This document shows, piece by piece, positions 36,951-45,800 of a DNA stretch of 64,000 bases (positions are counted from its first letter, which is position 1; every line of letters starts with the position of its first letter). A program made the translations under genes and the position numbers. Location of the stretch: NCBI GenBank assembly GCA_030646995.1, contig JAUSKF010000004.1, positions 20,404-84,403 of the forward strand, given 5' to 3'. Origin of the DNA: a bacterium. GTDB lineage: Bacteria; Patescibacteriota; Minisyncoccia; UBA6257; WO2-44-18. Below the pieces are notes generated by a model. The model had not been told where the DNA came from and searched no databases. It saw only the letters and a list, made by a program, of their open reading frames with translations.

Positions 36951-37573
36951 TATTCCATTTTTATACGCTCTCTAAGATATTCGAAGTCCCTGAAATCACT
37001 GCCTGCAAACTGCTTGATTTCTTTAGCAGTCCTCGCTCCTCTACCTAAAACCACAACCTCTTTCTTCTCAGATCGAAGATGTTTCAATACGGGAAGGAAG
37101 TCTCCATCGCCTGACAAAACAAGAACTCTATCAAAATTGTCTTTTTCTCTCATTAAGTGAAAGGCCATATCCACATCACAATTAGCTTTTCTTTTTGTGG
37201 AACCGTCATCTTGGTTATATAGCTTTACTGGTTTAAGAAAAAGTTTGTATCCGAACTTCTCAAGACGAATATAGAATTTAACTCTTTGAAGATGTCTACT
37301 GATTAAAGCGAGCTGCGCTTCATTGAGCTTCCTGTCTTTGTTCTCGGGTAGCTGTCTCAAATACTTCTCTAGCTCTTTTAGAGGAACGGTCTCATTGGAT
37401 TGGTAATCATATGGAAATTCATAAATTTCCACGCCGCCAAAATAAAAAACCGTATCTACTCCATATTTTTCTTTTAGATACTCAAGGAGTTTTTTGTAGT
37501 CTATTTTCCAACCTAAACTCTTTTCGCCGCCATAAAAAAGATTGGATGCATCCACAAAACCATATGCTTTCAT
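36950..37573 (-). CDS. NYN-domain (LabA-like, PIN-fold) ribonuclease
   Basis: GFVDASNL..., ANCDVDMAFHLM, VLSGDGDF motifs of PF01936; AT-rich, sandwiched between the two DGR target paralogs. Confidence 0.7.
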   Translation of the reverse strand: MKAYGFVDASNLFYGGEKSLGWKIDYKKLLEYLKEKYGVDTVFYFGGVEIYEFPYDYQSNETVPLKELEKYLRQLPENKDRKLNEAQLALISRHLQRVKFYIRLEKFGYKLFLKPVKLYNQDDGSTKRKANCDVDMAFHLMREKDNFDRVLVLSGDGDFLPVLKHLRSEKKEVVVLGRGARTAKEIKQFAGSDFRDFEYLRERIKME

Positions 37574-37654
37574 GCGTCTATTTTATAATAAAAGCTCGCA
37601 ATAAAAAAGCCCTCATGAAGCTAGCTTCATGAGGGCGCCCAAGTGTCCAAGGGC

Positions 37655-38341
37655 CTAAGACTTGCGGACGGCGAGGAAACGATAGCTGCCGTACCAATCG
37701 CTGCCGAACCAGTAGAGATTGAGCTTCCGAACGTCGAACCAGTACAGATACGGCACGCGGCGGTTGCCGAACGAGCCCCGCCAAGGATTCCCGAGCCCGA
37801 CGATCGGATATTGCTTGTGCTCGTCGGGATGGGCCATCTGGTAGTGGAGGAGCGTCTTCAGGGAGGCCGGTTCGAAGCCGTCACGCTTCATCTCGGCGAC
37901 CACGTTGTCGGAATTCATGTCCCGACTGAAGTGATACATCTTGCACTCCAGCGTTTCCGTGCCGTCCGTCTTCTCCTGATTGAAATGCTTTTCCGTGATG
38001 TCGGAGTTGACGTAGCTAAACCCGGCTTCGCCGATGAGCTGAGAGATGGACTTTCCGTAGTTCACGATCAAGGAATTGTCCGGAGGCTTTCCGGATTTCG
38101 CGCGACCGAACTTGTCGATCACTGCCTGAATCTTCTCGGCCGTCGCTTTCGCGCTGGCCGCCACCTGCTCCATCTCCGACTTGGCTTCCTGAAGAACCTG
38201 CTCAGCTTCCTGCGACATCGTGTCTAGCTTGCCCTTGAGATCCTTATTGATCTCTTCCAAAGCAGCAATCACCGGGTCCCACATGTTCTGGCTGTTCTCC
38301 ACTGCCTCCTCCACGTCGGAAGACTTCTTTTCTTCGCTCAC
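37655..38341 (-). CDS. Paralog of DGR target protein (coiled-coil N-terminus; C-terminal region diverged from TR)
   Basis: Colinear with target 1 (…YQ..Y.IVG.G.P… then W/F/G-rich tail ending RKS); near-identical promoter/5'UTR to target 1 (TTGACA-18-TACATT). Confidence 0.6.
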   Translation of the reverse strand: MSEEKKSSDVEEAVENSQNMWDPVIAALEEINKDLKGKLDTMSQEAEQVLQEAKSEMEQVAASAKATAEKIQAVIDKFGRAKSGKPPDNSLIVNYGKSISQLIGEAGFSYVNSDITEKHFNQEKTDGTETLECKMYHFSRDMNSDNVVAEMKRDGFEPASLKTLLHYQMAHPDEHKQYPIVGLGNPWRGSFGNRRVPYLYWFDVRKLNLYWFGSDWYGSYRFLAVRKS

Positions 38342-38541
38342 GGCAATCTCCTTGAATTGGGTTTTCAGTTATTTTCCGCTTAATTGCGGACTTCAGAACT
38401 GCGGTAAATGTAGCACACTTTAGGCCTATTTGTCAAGAAGTCTGTTTAAGCACGCTAAAACCTCCTCAACGTCAACACCGCCTTCTCTAATAGACGTAAA
38501 ATCTATGATTGTTTCCCAGCCCTCTTCTTGTTTCTTTGACT

Positions 38542-38775
38542 CTAAAAATTTAGCCATTTGTCCTTTGGAATACCGGACTGCGCAATCATACCCTTGAAAG
38601 TTCGAGGTTTAAAAGTTTTTGATGAATGAAACGGTACGCAAACTTGCATCAATTTTCCCTCATAGACTCCGGTGAAAAAATGATGACTCCCCTCCGTATG
38701 ATTCAGGCGAAAACCGTGCTCTTTTAAAAACTCTACAACATCATGAAACGTCCAATTAAAAACCTTTCTAGGCAT
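38542..38775 (-). CDS. hicA: HicA-family toxin (mRNA interferase)
   Basis: 77 aa, YcfA/HicA pattern (…HTEGSHHFF…). Confidence 0.7.
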   Translation of the reverse strand: MPRKVFNWTFHDVVEFLKEHGFRLNHTEGSHHFFTGVYEGKLMQVCVPFHSSKTFKPRTFKGMIAQSGIPKDKWLNF

Positions 38776-39109
38776 GCACCAAGCTACGGTTACTCATGCT
38801 GCCAAAAGTAAACACGTTTGACGGCACATCTTCTTTATTAGACTTTTTTACCTCCAATGAGTTCCACATATTTTCATATTCGGAATCAGTTTTTTGATTC
38901 AAAATATGATTGATTCGAGCTTTGGCCTTTTTAGCTGATTTTAAATATCCACGGGTGGCTTCAAGCAAAAGGAACAGAGCCTCATCGGGCGTGTCGCCCG
39001 ATTCCACAATATTAAATTCCAAACCAACGCCATACCAAACACCCTCTTCGCGAAAGATTATATACCTTAAAGACCCTTTTTGCAGAGTATTTTGATGTAG
39101 TTTAGTCAT
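38768..39109 (-). CDS. hicB: HicB-family antitoxin (N-terminal HicB/UPF0150 domain)
   Basis: 113 aa, overlaps hicA start by 8 bp. Confidence 0.6.
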   Translation of the reverse strand: MTKLHQNTLQKGSLRYIIFREEGVWYGVGLEFNIVESGDTPDEALFLLLEATRGYLKSAKKAKARINHILNQKTDSEYENMWNSLEVKKSNKEDVPSNVFTFGSMSNRSLVHA

Positions 39110-39166
39110 TGACTGTTAGTTTAATTTTAACAGAGGGAGGGGGAGGGGTCAATCAGCTACCAAGCC

Positions 39167-40399
39167 CTACATCTGCCTTATTTCCTCCACTATCTTATCC
39201 AACCCAATCGCGCGGGAACCTTTTATCAATATCAAATCCCCTTTTTTCAATAAATCCTGCACCGGAATCCTTGCTTCATCTGCGAAGTCGAAAGTAAAAA
39301 TATTTTTCCTAGCCAGCCCGGCTTTCTGCGCGGCATCGGCAATAAACTTCGCTCTCGGCCCAACAGTTATGATAATATCAAAAACTTTTTCGGCTAACCG
39401 ACCGACGTTCTCATGAGCTTCAATTGCATACTTTCCAATCTCCAACATATCTCCCAGCACCGCTATTTTTCTTAGTGCCTTAAAATCTTTCATCGTATCA
39501 ATGGCGGCGTGCATTGAAAGCGGAGAGGCGTTATAGCTATCATCAAAAATTAAAGTATCTTTTATTCCTTTAATAATTCTACCGCGACGCTGTGGCACCT
39601 GATAATAAGCCAAGGCCTCCGAGATACGCACAAGATTCATACCGAAAGAAAATCCTACTGCTGCTGCTGCGGCGGCGGCATAAGCCTGAGCCCTACCAAA
39701 GGCTCCATCAAGACGAACCGGCACGAAACTGCCTCCATATTCCAATTTAAAAGTAAGACCGACAGGATGGCCGTCTTCCATTCTGTTTTCAAAATTAGTA
39801 ATCCGCACTTCGGCGCCACTCGCAAAACCAAAAGTAATCACGTGAGCGCGAGTCTTCTCCCTCATTTCATATACCGCCTCATCATCAAAATTCAGAACTG
39901 AAAAACCGATAGCCGGCAAAGCTTCAACCAATCTGGCTTTTTCCCGCGCCACCGCATCGGGCCCGCTATAAAACTCAACGTGCACAGGAATATCGCCGAT
40001 TGCCGTCACCACTCCGATCTGCGGCCGGGCCATCTCCAAAAGATATTTCAAATCGCCGGGCTTATCGGCTCCGTACTCCAATACCAAAATTTCCGGATAA
40101 GAGCCGCGAATCACTAGCCTCATCAAAGAGGAAAGAATCACTTTAATCCAGAAAAAAATACCCCCCGATTTTTCCCAAGTTCCTAAAATTGTGAGCGGCA
40201 AACCAAATTCATTATTAAAATTTCCGGTTGAGGCCCGAACTTTCCGGATTGAGCGTAGGGTCGTCAAAATCGCTTCTTTGGTAGAAGTCTTCCCTACGGT
40301 ACCGGTAATGCCCACAATTCCCGGCTGATACTTACGTAAAGTCCATCGCACCAGCAACCTCAAAATCCCCCTCAATTGATTGCGTAAAAATGATCGCAT
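39167..40399 (-). CDS. murF: UDP-N-acetylmuramoyl-tripeptide--D-alanyl-D-alanine ligase
   Basis: Mur ligase P-loop GITGTVGKTSTKE, Mur ligase C domain. Confidence 0.85.
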   Translation of the reverse strand: MRSFLRNQLRGILRLLVRWTLRKYQPGIVGITGTVGKTSTKEAILTTLRSIRKVRASTGNFNNEFGLPLTILGTWEKSGGIFFWIKVILSSLMRLVIRGSYPEILVLEYGADKPGDLKYLLEMARPQIGVVTAIGDIPVHVEFYSGPDAVAREKARLVEALPAIGFSVLNFDDEAVYEMREKTRAHVITFGFASGAEVRITNFENRMEDGHPVGLTFKLEYGGSFVPVRLDGAFGRAQAYAAAAAAAVGFSFGMNLVRISEALAYYQVPQRRGRIIKGIKDTLIFDDSYNASPLSMHAAIDTMKDFKALRKIAVLGDMLEIGKYAIEAHENVGRLAEKVFDIIITVGPRAKFIADAAQKAGLARKNIFTFDFADEARIPVQDLLKKGDLILIKGSRAIGLDKIVEEIRQM

Positions 40400-41994
40400 T
40401 AGTTTTTATCGGCCAAATCGTCTGCCGGAATATTATAGTAGTTTAGTATAAATTGAGCTAATTCCCTAAAAGCGGGCACCACGGTAGAGCCAGCAAGGCT
40501 CGCGCCTTTGGGTTTATCAATTTTCATCAGAATTGAAAACTTCGGATCAGAGGCCGGCCCAAATCCGACATAGCTATGAATATATTGGTCGCCGTATCCT
40601 CCCCTCTTAAAATCCGGAACCTGCGCAGTACCGGTTTTGCCGGCAATTTCATATCCATTAATTCTGGCAATCTCGGCCTTGTCTACGGCGGAGACCATCA
40701 TCGCAGTAACCAAATCAGCGGACTCTTTGGAAATTACATCATTCATTTTTTCGGCCGGCAAACCCTTGACGATGTGGGGCCGCATTAACTCTCCATCGTT
40801 AGCGATAGCAGAAACAGCGTTAATCAACTGCATGGGCGTTACCGAAACACCCTGACCGAAAGCGGCGGTAGCAAAATTGATATCCCGAGTGGCAGTTTTC
40901 AAATTAGTCAGTTTGCCCGATAATTCGCCGGGCAAAGTAATGCCGGTAGGATCATCAAAGCCAAACTTCAAAAGATAATTATAAAATATATCATGGCCGG
41001 TCTTTTTTTCCGCGAAAGATGCTCCGGTATTAATAGACTGCTCGATAACTTCGGTCATAGTGACATTGCCATGAGCTTTGCCGTCCCAGTTTTTAATTGT
41101 CTTCCCATTCAGAGTCAGGGAACCGCTGTCGTAAAATTTCGTAGTCGGAGTAATTTTGCCAGAATCAATTCCGGCCGCCATCGTCAACACCTTGAACACC
41201 GAACCGGGCTCATACACGCCCTGAATCGCCGGATTAGTGAAAGACCGAATCGGGTAATCAGCATATGCGTTAGGATCAAAATTCTCGAAACTTCCCATAG
41301 CTAGAATCTCTCCGGTCTTAGGCACCTGCACAATCACTGTGCCACCCTCTGCTCCATGTTTATCAATTAAAGCTTTTAGAATCTTTTCGGCCTGCGCCTG
41401 AATGTTTCGGTCGATGGTCAAGTAGACATCATCGCGGCCTAAAGAATCTTCGTAATAGGCTTCTACACCATAACGGCCCGTCAGGGCCCCATCTTCACTG
41501 CCCTGACCCACGAAACCAAGAACTTGAGATGCCAGATTAGCGAAAGGGTAGAATCGGAAATATTCACTGTCGATGTAAATACCCTTGAGGCCCAATGCCC
41601 GAACCTTTGACACCTGTTCGTTGGTTGCCTTGGAAGATAATAATTCATATTGATCGTTCGGCGTGGAAGGCTTCAGGTGAATTTTGCCGGCCGCAATATT
41701 CAAAATCGACGACAGGGCATTGGCTGCTTCATCGGGATCTTCCACGTCTTTCGGCACGGCAAAAATCACCGGAAATTGTCGGTTAAAAACCGCCGGAATC
41801 TCATTACCGCTTTTATCCGTAAAATAAATAGTGCCCCGAGTGGAATTTAAATAAGAAACACCCCGCGATTGCGAAACGGCTTTGGCGGCATAAATACTCC
41901 CCTTCTTAATCTGTAAATTATAGATATTCAGGATCAGCGCGGAATAAGTGAAAAATATTGAGGCGGTAATCAGCCATAATCTCCAAGTTTTCAT
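40399..41994 (-). CDS. ftsI: Penicillin-binding protein (class B transpeptidase, FtsI/PBP2-like)
   Basis: SVFK (SxxK), SxN, KTGTA motifs; N-terminal TM + dimerisation domain. Confidence 0.85.
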   Translation of the reverse strand: MKTWRLWLITASIFFTYSALILNIYNLQIKKGSIYAAKAVSQSRGVSYLNSTRGTIYFTDKSGNEIPAVFNRQFPVIFAVPKDVEDPDEAANALSSILNIAAGKIHLKPSTPNDQYELLSSKATNEQVSKVRALGLKGIYIDSEYFRFYPFANLASQVLGFVGQGSEDGALTGRYGVEAYYEDSLGRDDVYLTIDRNIQAQAEKILKALIDKHGAEGGTVIVQVPKTGEILAMGSFENFDPNAYADYPIRSFTNPAIQGVYEPGSVFKVLTMAAGIDSGKITPTTKFYDSGSLTLNGKTIKNWDGKAHGNVTMTEVIEQSINTGASFAEKKTGHDIFYNYLLKFGFDDPTGITLPGELSGKLTNLKTATRDINFATAAFGQGVSVTPMQLINAVSAIANDGELMRPHIVKGLPAEKMNDVISKESADLVTAMMVSAVDKAEIARINGYEIAGKTGTAQVPDFKRGGYGDQYIHSYVGFGPASDPKFSILMKIDKPKGASLAGSTVVPAFRELAQFILNYYNIPADDLADKN

Positions 41995-42281
41995 CGCTGC
42001 GCTAAATACTCCGGCTTGCGCTCCTTTATCAATCCTAATTTTCCGGCCAGAACATCAGCGTTTTCTATATCCAACGCCAAATAAAGCTGATTTTTCAAAT
42101 CGGCGTTCTCTGCCCGCACAATCTCTGTTTTTTTATGATTTTCTTTTAAAGAATAATTCAACTGCACGCTCTGATTATAAGCAAAAATACTTAAACCCGC
42201 TTCAAATAAAACCAAACCCATAAGCAAATAGGCTACTATTTTAGATTTAAAACTATTTTTATTTGGTTCAATGATTGTCAT
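41991..42281 (-). CDS. ftsL: Cell division protein FtsL-like (septum formation initiator)
   Basis: 96 aa, single TM then coiled coil; position between rsmH and ftsI. Confidence 0.55.
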   Translation of the reverse strand: MTIIEPNKNSFKSKIVAYLLMGLVLFEAGLSIFAYNQSVQLNYSLKENHKKTEIVRAENADLKNQLYLALDIENADVLAGKLGLIKERKPEYLAQR

Positions 42282-43168
42282 ATGATTTGTGCGGCCCGTA
42301 TCTTGGCCGAGCGAGAGCGTGGATTACTCCTCACCTCTTCGTCGCTGGCCTCAACCGGTTTTTTGGTCAGAATTTTCAATTTCTCTTCCTTGGCATAATC
42401 ACGGAAATAATTTTTGACTATCTTGTCTTCCAAAGAATGGAACGAAATTATCGCGACTCGCCCGCCGGATTTAACTATCTTGAACAAATCCTTCAAAACT
42501 TTTTCCAGATTGCCCAGCTCGTTGTTGGCATAAATGCGCAGCGCTTGGAAAGTACGGGTCGCGGGATGAATTCTTCCATGCTCATAATTTCCTGGCACTG
42601 CTGATTTCACCGCCTCCGCTAAATCGAAGGTGGTGTTAATTCCCCGTCGGTGAATGATCTCTTTGATTACTCGGGCGATTCTCCCCGAAAATTTCTCTCC
42701 TCCCAAATCCCGAATGATTCCTGCTAACTCTTTCTCGGTCAGCTCTTTTAAAATCGTGCGGACGGGATTTTGATTGATGTCATAAACCATCGCCAACGGT
42801 TCATTGATCTGAAAGCTGAAGCCCTTGCCACCGCCAAGCTGCTCGGAAGAGAAACCTAAATCAAGAAGAAGACCATCGGCTTTGCCCAGTTTTTTGGCTT
42901 TCAAAATCTCCACAAGGTCGGCGTAATTTTCTCCGGTCTTTTCCCAATCAATGGCCAGTAGCCTCCCTCCGCCGGCTGGCGGACCAATCCGTTCCTGAAT
43001 CGCCCGACTATGACCACCGGCTCCGAAGGTTCCGTCAATGAAAAATTCTCCCGGCTTCGGTTCGAGAAATTTCAGAACTTCATTTAAAAGAACGGGCACG
43101 TGACCACCGACTGACGACTTATGACTGGCGACTGAAGGACTTGTCGTTAGTTGTTTGTCGTAAGTCAT
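42278..43168 (-). CDS. rsmH: 16S rRNA (cytosine1402-N4)-methyltransferase
   Basis: HVPVLLNEVL...FIDGTFGAGGHS MraW signature. Confidence 0.9.
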   Translation of the reverse strand: MTYDKQLTTSPSVASHKSSVGGHVPVLLNEVLKFLEPKPGEFFIDGTFGAGGHSRAIQERIGPPAGGGRLLAIDWEKTGENYADLVEILKAKKLGKADGLLLDLGFSSEQLGGGKGFSFQINEPLAMVYDINQNPVRTILKELTEKELAGIIRDLGGEKFSGRIARVIKEIIHRRGINTTFDLAEAVKSAVPGNYEHGRIHPATRTFQALRIYANNELGNLEKVLKDLFKIVKSGGRVAIISFHSLEDKIVKNYFRDYAKEEKLKILTKKPVEASDEEVRSNPRSRSAKIRAAQII

Positions 43169-43171
43169 TTG

Positions 43172-43603
43172 TTAAATTCCGAGCTCTCCCAACTTTTCGG
43201 CTATGTCGTCGGAAGAGGCTTCGGTTTTAGATTTGTAGGACTTCCAGTTTGCTTCATCCCAAATTTCAATTCGGTCGTAGAGTCCGGCAAAAATCGCCTG
43301 CTTTTTTAGCGATGCATAAATTCGCAAATATTCCGGAATCAGAATTCTTCCCTGATTATCAAATTCCACTTCACTCGCGCCGGCGAGCATCAAACGAGCA
43401 AACGCCCGAGAGTCGGATTTCATAAAAGACATAGCCGCAATCTTGGCAGTTAATTTTTCCCAGCTCTCTTTCGTGAATACAAATAAACAATGATCAAGTC
43501 CACGCGCGATAATTGCTCCATCGCCAAGCTTCGGCCGAAATTTAGCGGGTAAAGCTACTCGCCCCTTAGTATCTAAGCTATGTGTGTATTCTCCAATGAA
43601 CAT
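43172..43603 (-). CDS. mraZ: Transcriptional regulator MraZ
   Basis: Duplicated DxxxR(V/I)xLP MraZ motifs. Confidence 0.85.
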   Translation of the reverse strand: MFIGEYTHSLDTKGRVALPAKFRPKLGDGAIIARGLDHCLFVFTKESWEKLTAKIAAMSFMKSDSRAFARLMLAGASEVEFDNQGRILIPEYLRIYASLKKQAIFAGLYDRIEIWDEANWKSYKSKTEASSDDIAEKLGELGI

Positions 43604-43817
43604 TTTTTATATTTTTTAAGCTCGTTTAAGCTTAATTACTCTCCTATCAGTTGTCCCCAGATTCGGCGGTTATCCCCACCTTTATCCACTTTTCACCACT
43701 ACCAACTAAATATAGCTTAAAGTGAGCTCATGCAAAACCCACTTTATCCCCAAAAGTTAATCACGACTTTTTAGGCATTGAAAAAGAACCAATTAAGCAT
43801 TAGATTAAATAAATCTT

Positions 43818-43890
43818 GCGCCCTTAGCTCAGTGGTAGAGCGTTCCATTCACATTGGAAAGGCCGTTGGTCCGATTCCAACAGGGCGCAC
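43818..43890 (+). tRNA. tRNA-Val (anticodon CAC)
   Basis: GCGCCCT acceptor, GCTCAGTGGTAGAGC D-arm, anticodon loop TTCACAT, T-arm GTTGGTCCGATTCCAAC, 3' AGGGCGC+A; followed by hairpin CCGCCCGGTTAGGGGCGGG. Confidence 0.75.
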
Positions 43891-43925
43891 AATAAAAAAA
43901 TCCGCCCGGTTAGGGGCGGGGGCTA

Positions 43926-44255
43926 TCAACTGATGAACTTTCGTGCACTGCGAATCCACGGCCTTTTTTCTCTGTGTCCATTCTGACAAGACGAAAGATT
44001 GACGAGCAATTTCTTAGCCAGCATGTCCACGGGTGTCGCCAGGAAACGCTTCAAAATATTAAGACGATTTTGCAGATGAAGACTGCGACCTTCCGGCAAC
44101 GGCTCGGGGGTAATCATCAAATTTGATCCCCGATTCGTCGCAGAGTGATCCCGCAAAGCTTTACGCATTTCATGGGATCGAGCGTAAACCTTCATTCCTC
44201 TTCGATTCGCCCAGCCTTTCTTGAGAACTGATCCTTCGCCGGGAAACTGCAGCAT
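43926..44255 (-). CDS. Hypothetical basic protein downstream of rplL
   Basis: 109 aa ORF bracketed by two terminators; no recognisable family. Confidence 0.3.
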   Translation of the reverse strand: MLQFPGEGSVLKKGWANRRGMKVYARSHEMRKALRDHSATNRGSNLMITPEPLPEGRSLHLQNRLNILKRFLATPVDMLAKKLLVNLSSCQNGHREKRPWIRSARKFIS

Positions 44256-44295
44256 CCGTTTCTCCTTAATTTGAAACCGAAAAGATTATAAATCA

Positions 44296-44330
44296 AAAAG
44301 ACCCCACAGTCAAGGGGGTCTTTTTGATAG
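44296..44330 (-). terminator. Intrinsic terminator after rplL
   Basis: AAAAGACCCCACAGTCAAGGGGGTCTTTTTGA. Confidence 0.7.
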
Positions 44331-44333
44331 AAT

Positions 44334-44705
44334 TTATTTCAATTCCACAGTCGCGCCGGCAGCTTCCAACTTTTTCTTCAAGTCTTCGGCTTCCTCTTTC
44401 TTCATTCCGGCTTTCACAACTTTCGGGGCGGCATCTACGATGTCCTTAGCTTCTTTCAAGCCAAGACCTGTGACTTCGCGGATAACCTTGATGACCTGGA
44501 TTTTCTGGCCACCACCCACAGTCAACATGACATCCCAAGCGGTTTTCTCTTCCGCTTCGGCGCCACCTGCTCCACCACCTACTCCGGCAGCGGCCGGCAT
44601 CGAGGCAGAAACTCCGAACTTCTCTTCCATTGCTTTTACTAACTCAGCAAGCTCGGTAACTTTCATATCGCCAATCTTAGTGAGTAAATCTTGATATTTT
44701 TCCAT
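44334..44705 (-). CDS. rplL: 50S ribosomal protein L7/L12
   Basis: Classic L12 NTD, Ala/Gly hinge, CTD (…[22 protein letters not shown]…). Confidence 0.9.
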   Translation of the reverse strand: MEKYQDLLTKIGDMKVTELAELVKAMEEKFGVSASMPAAAGVGGGAGGAEAEEKTAWDVMLTVGGGQKIQVIKVIREVTGLGLKEAKDIVDAAPKVVKAGMKKEEAEDLKKKLEAAGATVELK

Positions 44706-44734
44706 TGTTTTGTTTATTTATTATTTCGACTTTT

Positions 44735-45379
44735 TTATTGACTAGCTGGGGCTGGCTCAACCGCAGGGGCTCCGCCAGTTGGCGGATGGACTGCTTCCGA
44801 AGCTGGCACTACAGACGTTTCCGCTGAAGATTCAACGGGGGCTGGAACGCTAGCCACAGGAGCTTTATCCGCCGAGGCGGAGGCTTTCTTTGCTAACTCG
44901 CCAAGCATGTACATGAACGCGCGAAGCGGACCTGTAATACCACTAATCACCATCGAAAGCAGAACCTCGCGGCCCGGCAATTTGGCGATTACAGCAAACT
45001 CTTCTACGGAAACGGCTTGCTTGTTCGCTAAGTCATAAGCCCCCAAGACGATAAAATTTTTCTTGGTTCTGGCCAACTCTTTAGCAAACTTGTGAATCGT
45101 AGCCGCGATAGAACTCAAATCTTCAGGAATAAAGAAGGTGCCGACTTGGGTTTTAAATTGCAAAGGATCAAACGCCACTCCCATTTCTTTCAGGGTGATG
45201 TTCAATAAACGCTTTTTGAAAACCTTGAAGGACGCGCCAACTTTCTTCGCCTCGATCTTGATTCTGCGGATGGAAGCGGTGTCTACGCCGGTAAAATCAG
45301 CAAATACCAAAGTCTTGCTCCCCTTCACCATCTCTGCGCTCTTATCTATGTGCTGTTTTTTCTGCGCTTTAGTTAACAT
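44735..45379 (-). CDS. rplJ: 50S ribosomal protein L10 with Ala/Pro-rich C-terminal extension
   Basis: L10 core plus ~45-aa A/P/S-rich tail. Confidence 0.85.
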   Translation of the reverse strand: MLTKAQKKQHIDKSAEMVKGSKTLVFADFTGVDTASIRRIKIEAKKVGASFKVFKKRLLNITLKEMGVAFDPLQFKTQVGTFFIPEDLSSIAATIHKFAKELARTKKNFIVLGAYDLANKQAVSVEEFAVIAKLPGREVLLSMVISGITGPLRAFMYMLGELAKKASASADKAPVASVPAPVESSAETSVVPASEAVHPPTGGAPAVEPAPASQ

Positions 45380-45624
45380 TTATTTTTTGAACGAAGTGAA
45401 ATGAATCACTCCGCTATCTAGCATTTCGACCTTTTTTATTTTTGTAATTCAGGCCTCCGCTAACAAAAATGGACCTTTACGGTCCACAGGTGAATTCAGT
45501 AACTAGTAACTAGAAAATAGTAACTAGAACTTGGATTTCCTAGGCGGGACTTGTTTCGCTTTTTCGCGAATGCCCACCGTCTGCGGATTACGAATAATAT
45601 ACTCCACCTCCTCACAAAAGTCAA
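45380..45624 (-). promoter_or_regulatory. rplJ promoter (TTGACT-18-TATATT at ~45595-45624) and ~200-nt structured leader (candidate L10 leader)
   Basis: Long untranslated stretch upstream of rplJ with hairpins and TAGTAAC heptad repeats; position equivalent to L10 autoregulatory leader. Confidence 0.35.
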
Positions 45625-45754
45625 CGTCGCTATTCAGTCATTGCGAGCGAAGCGCGGCAATCTTACGATAGTGCTATTTATAAATAACATCAGTGTAAGA
45701 TTACTTCATTTCACTCGTAATGACGGATAGAGTAAGTGCCTCGCGATGACATAT

Positions 45755-45790
45755 AAAAAAATCCCCGTGTTTAACGCGTTGAACACGGGG
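45755..45790 (-). terminator. Intrinsic terminator
   Basis: TCCCCGTGTTTAACGCGTTGAACACGGGGA hairpin, T-run on minus strand. Confidence 0.7.
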
Positions 45791-45800
45791 ATTTGAAATT

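Noticed and set aside
37655-37800. C-terminus of target paralog 2 as a second VR of the TR at 35556-35690
   Set aside because: Only the last ~20 nt resemble the TR, and the differences there are not restricted to TR-adenine positions. No second TR was found in the window.
38440-38556. 46-aa minus-strand ORF MAKFLESKKQEEGWETIIDFTSIREGGVDVEEVLACLNRLLDK downstream of hicA
   Set aside because: It runs into the TTGACA -35 box of the target-2 promoter and has no recognisable family. Possibly translated leader or noise.
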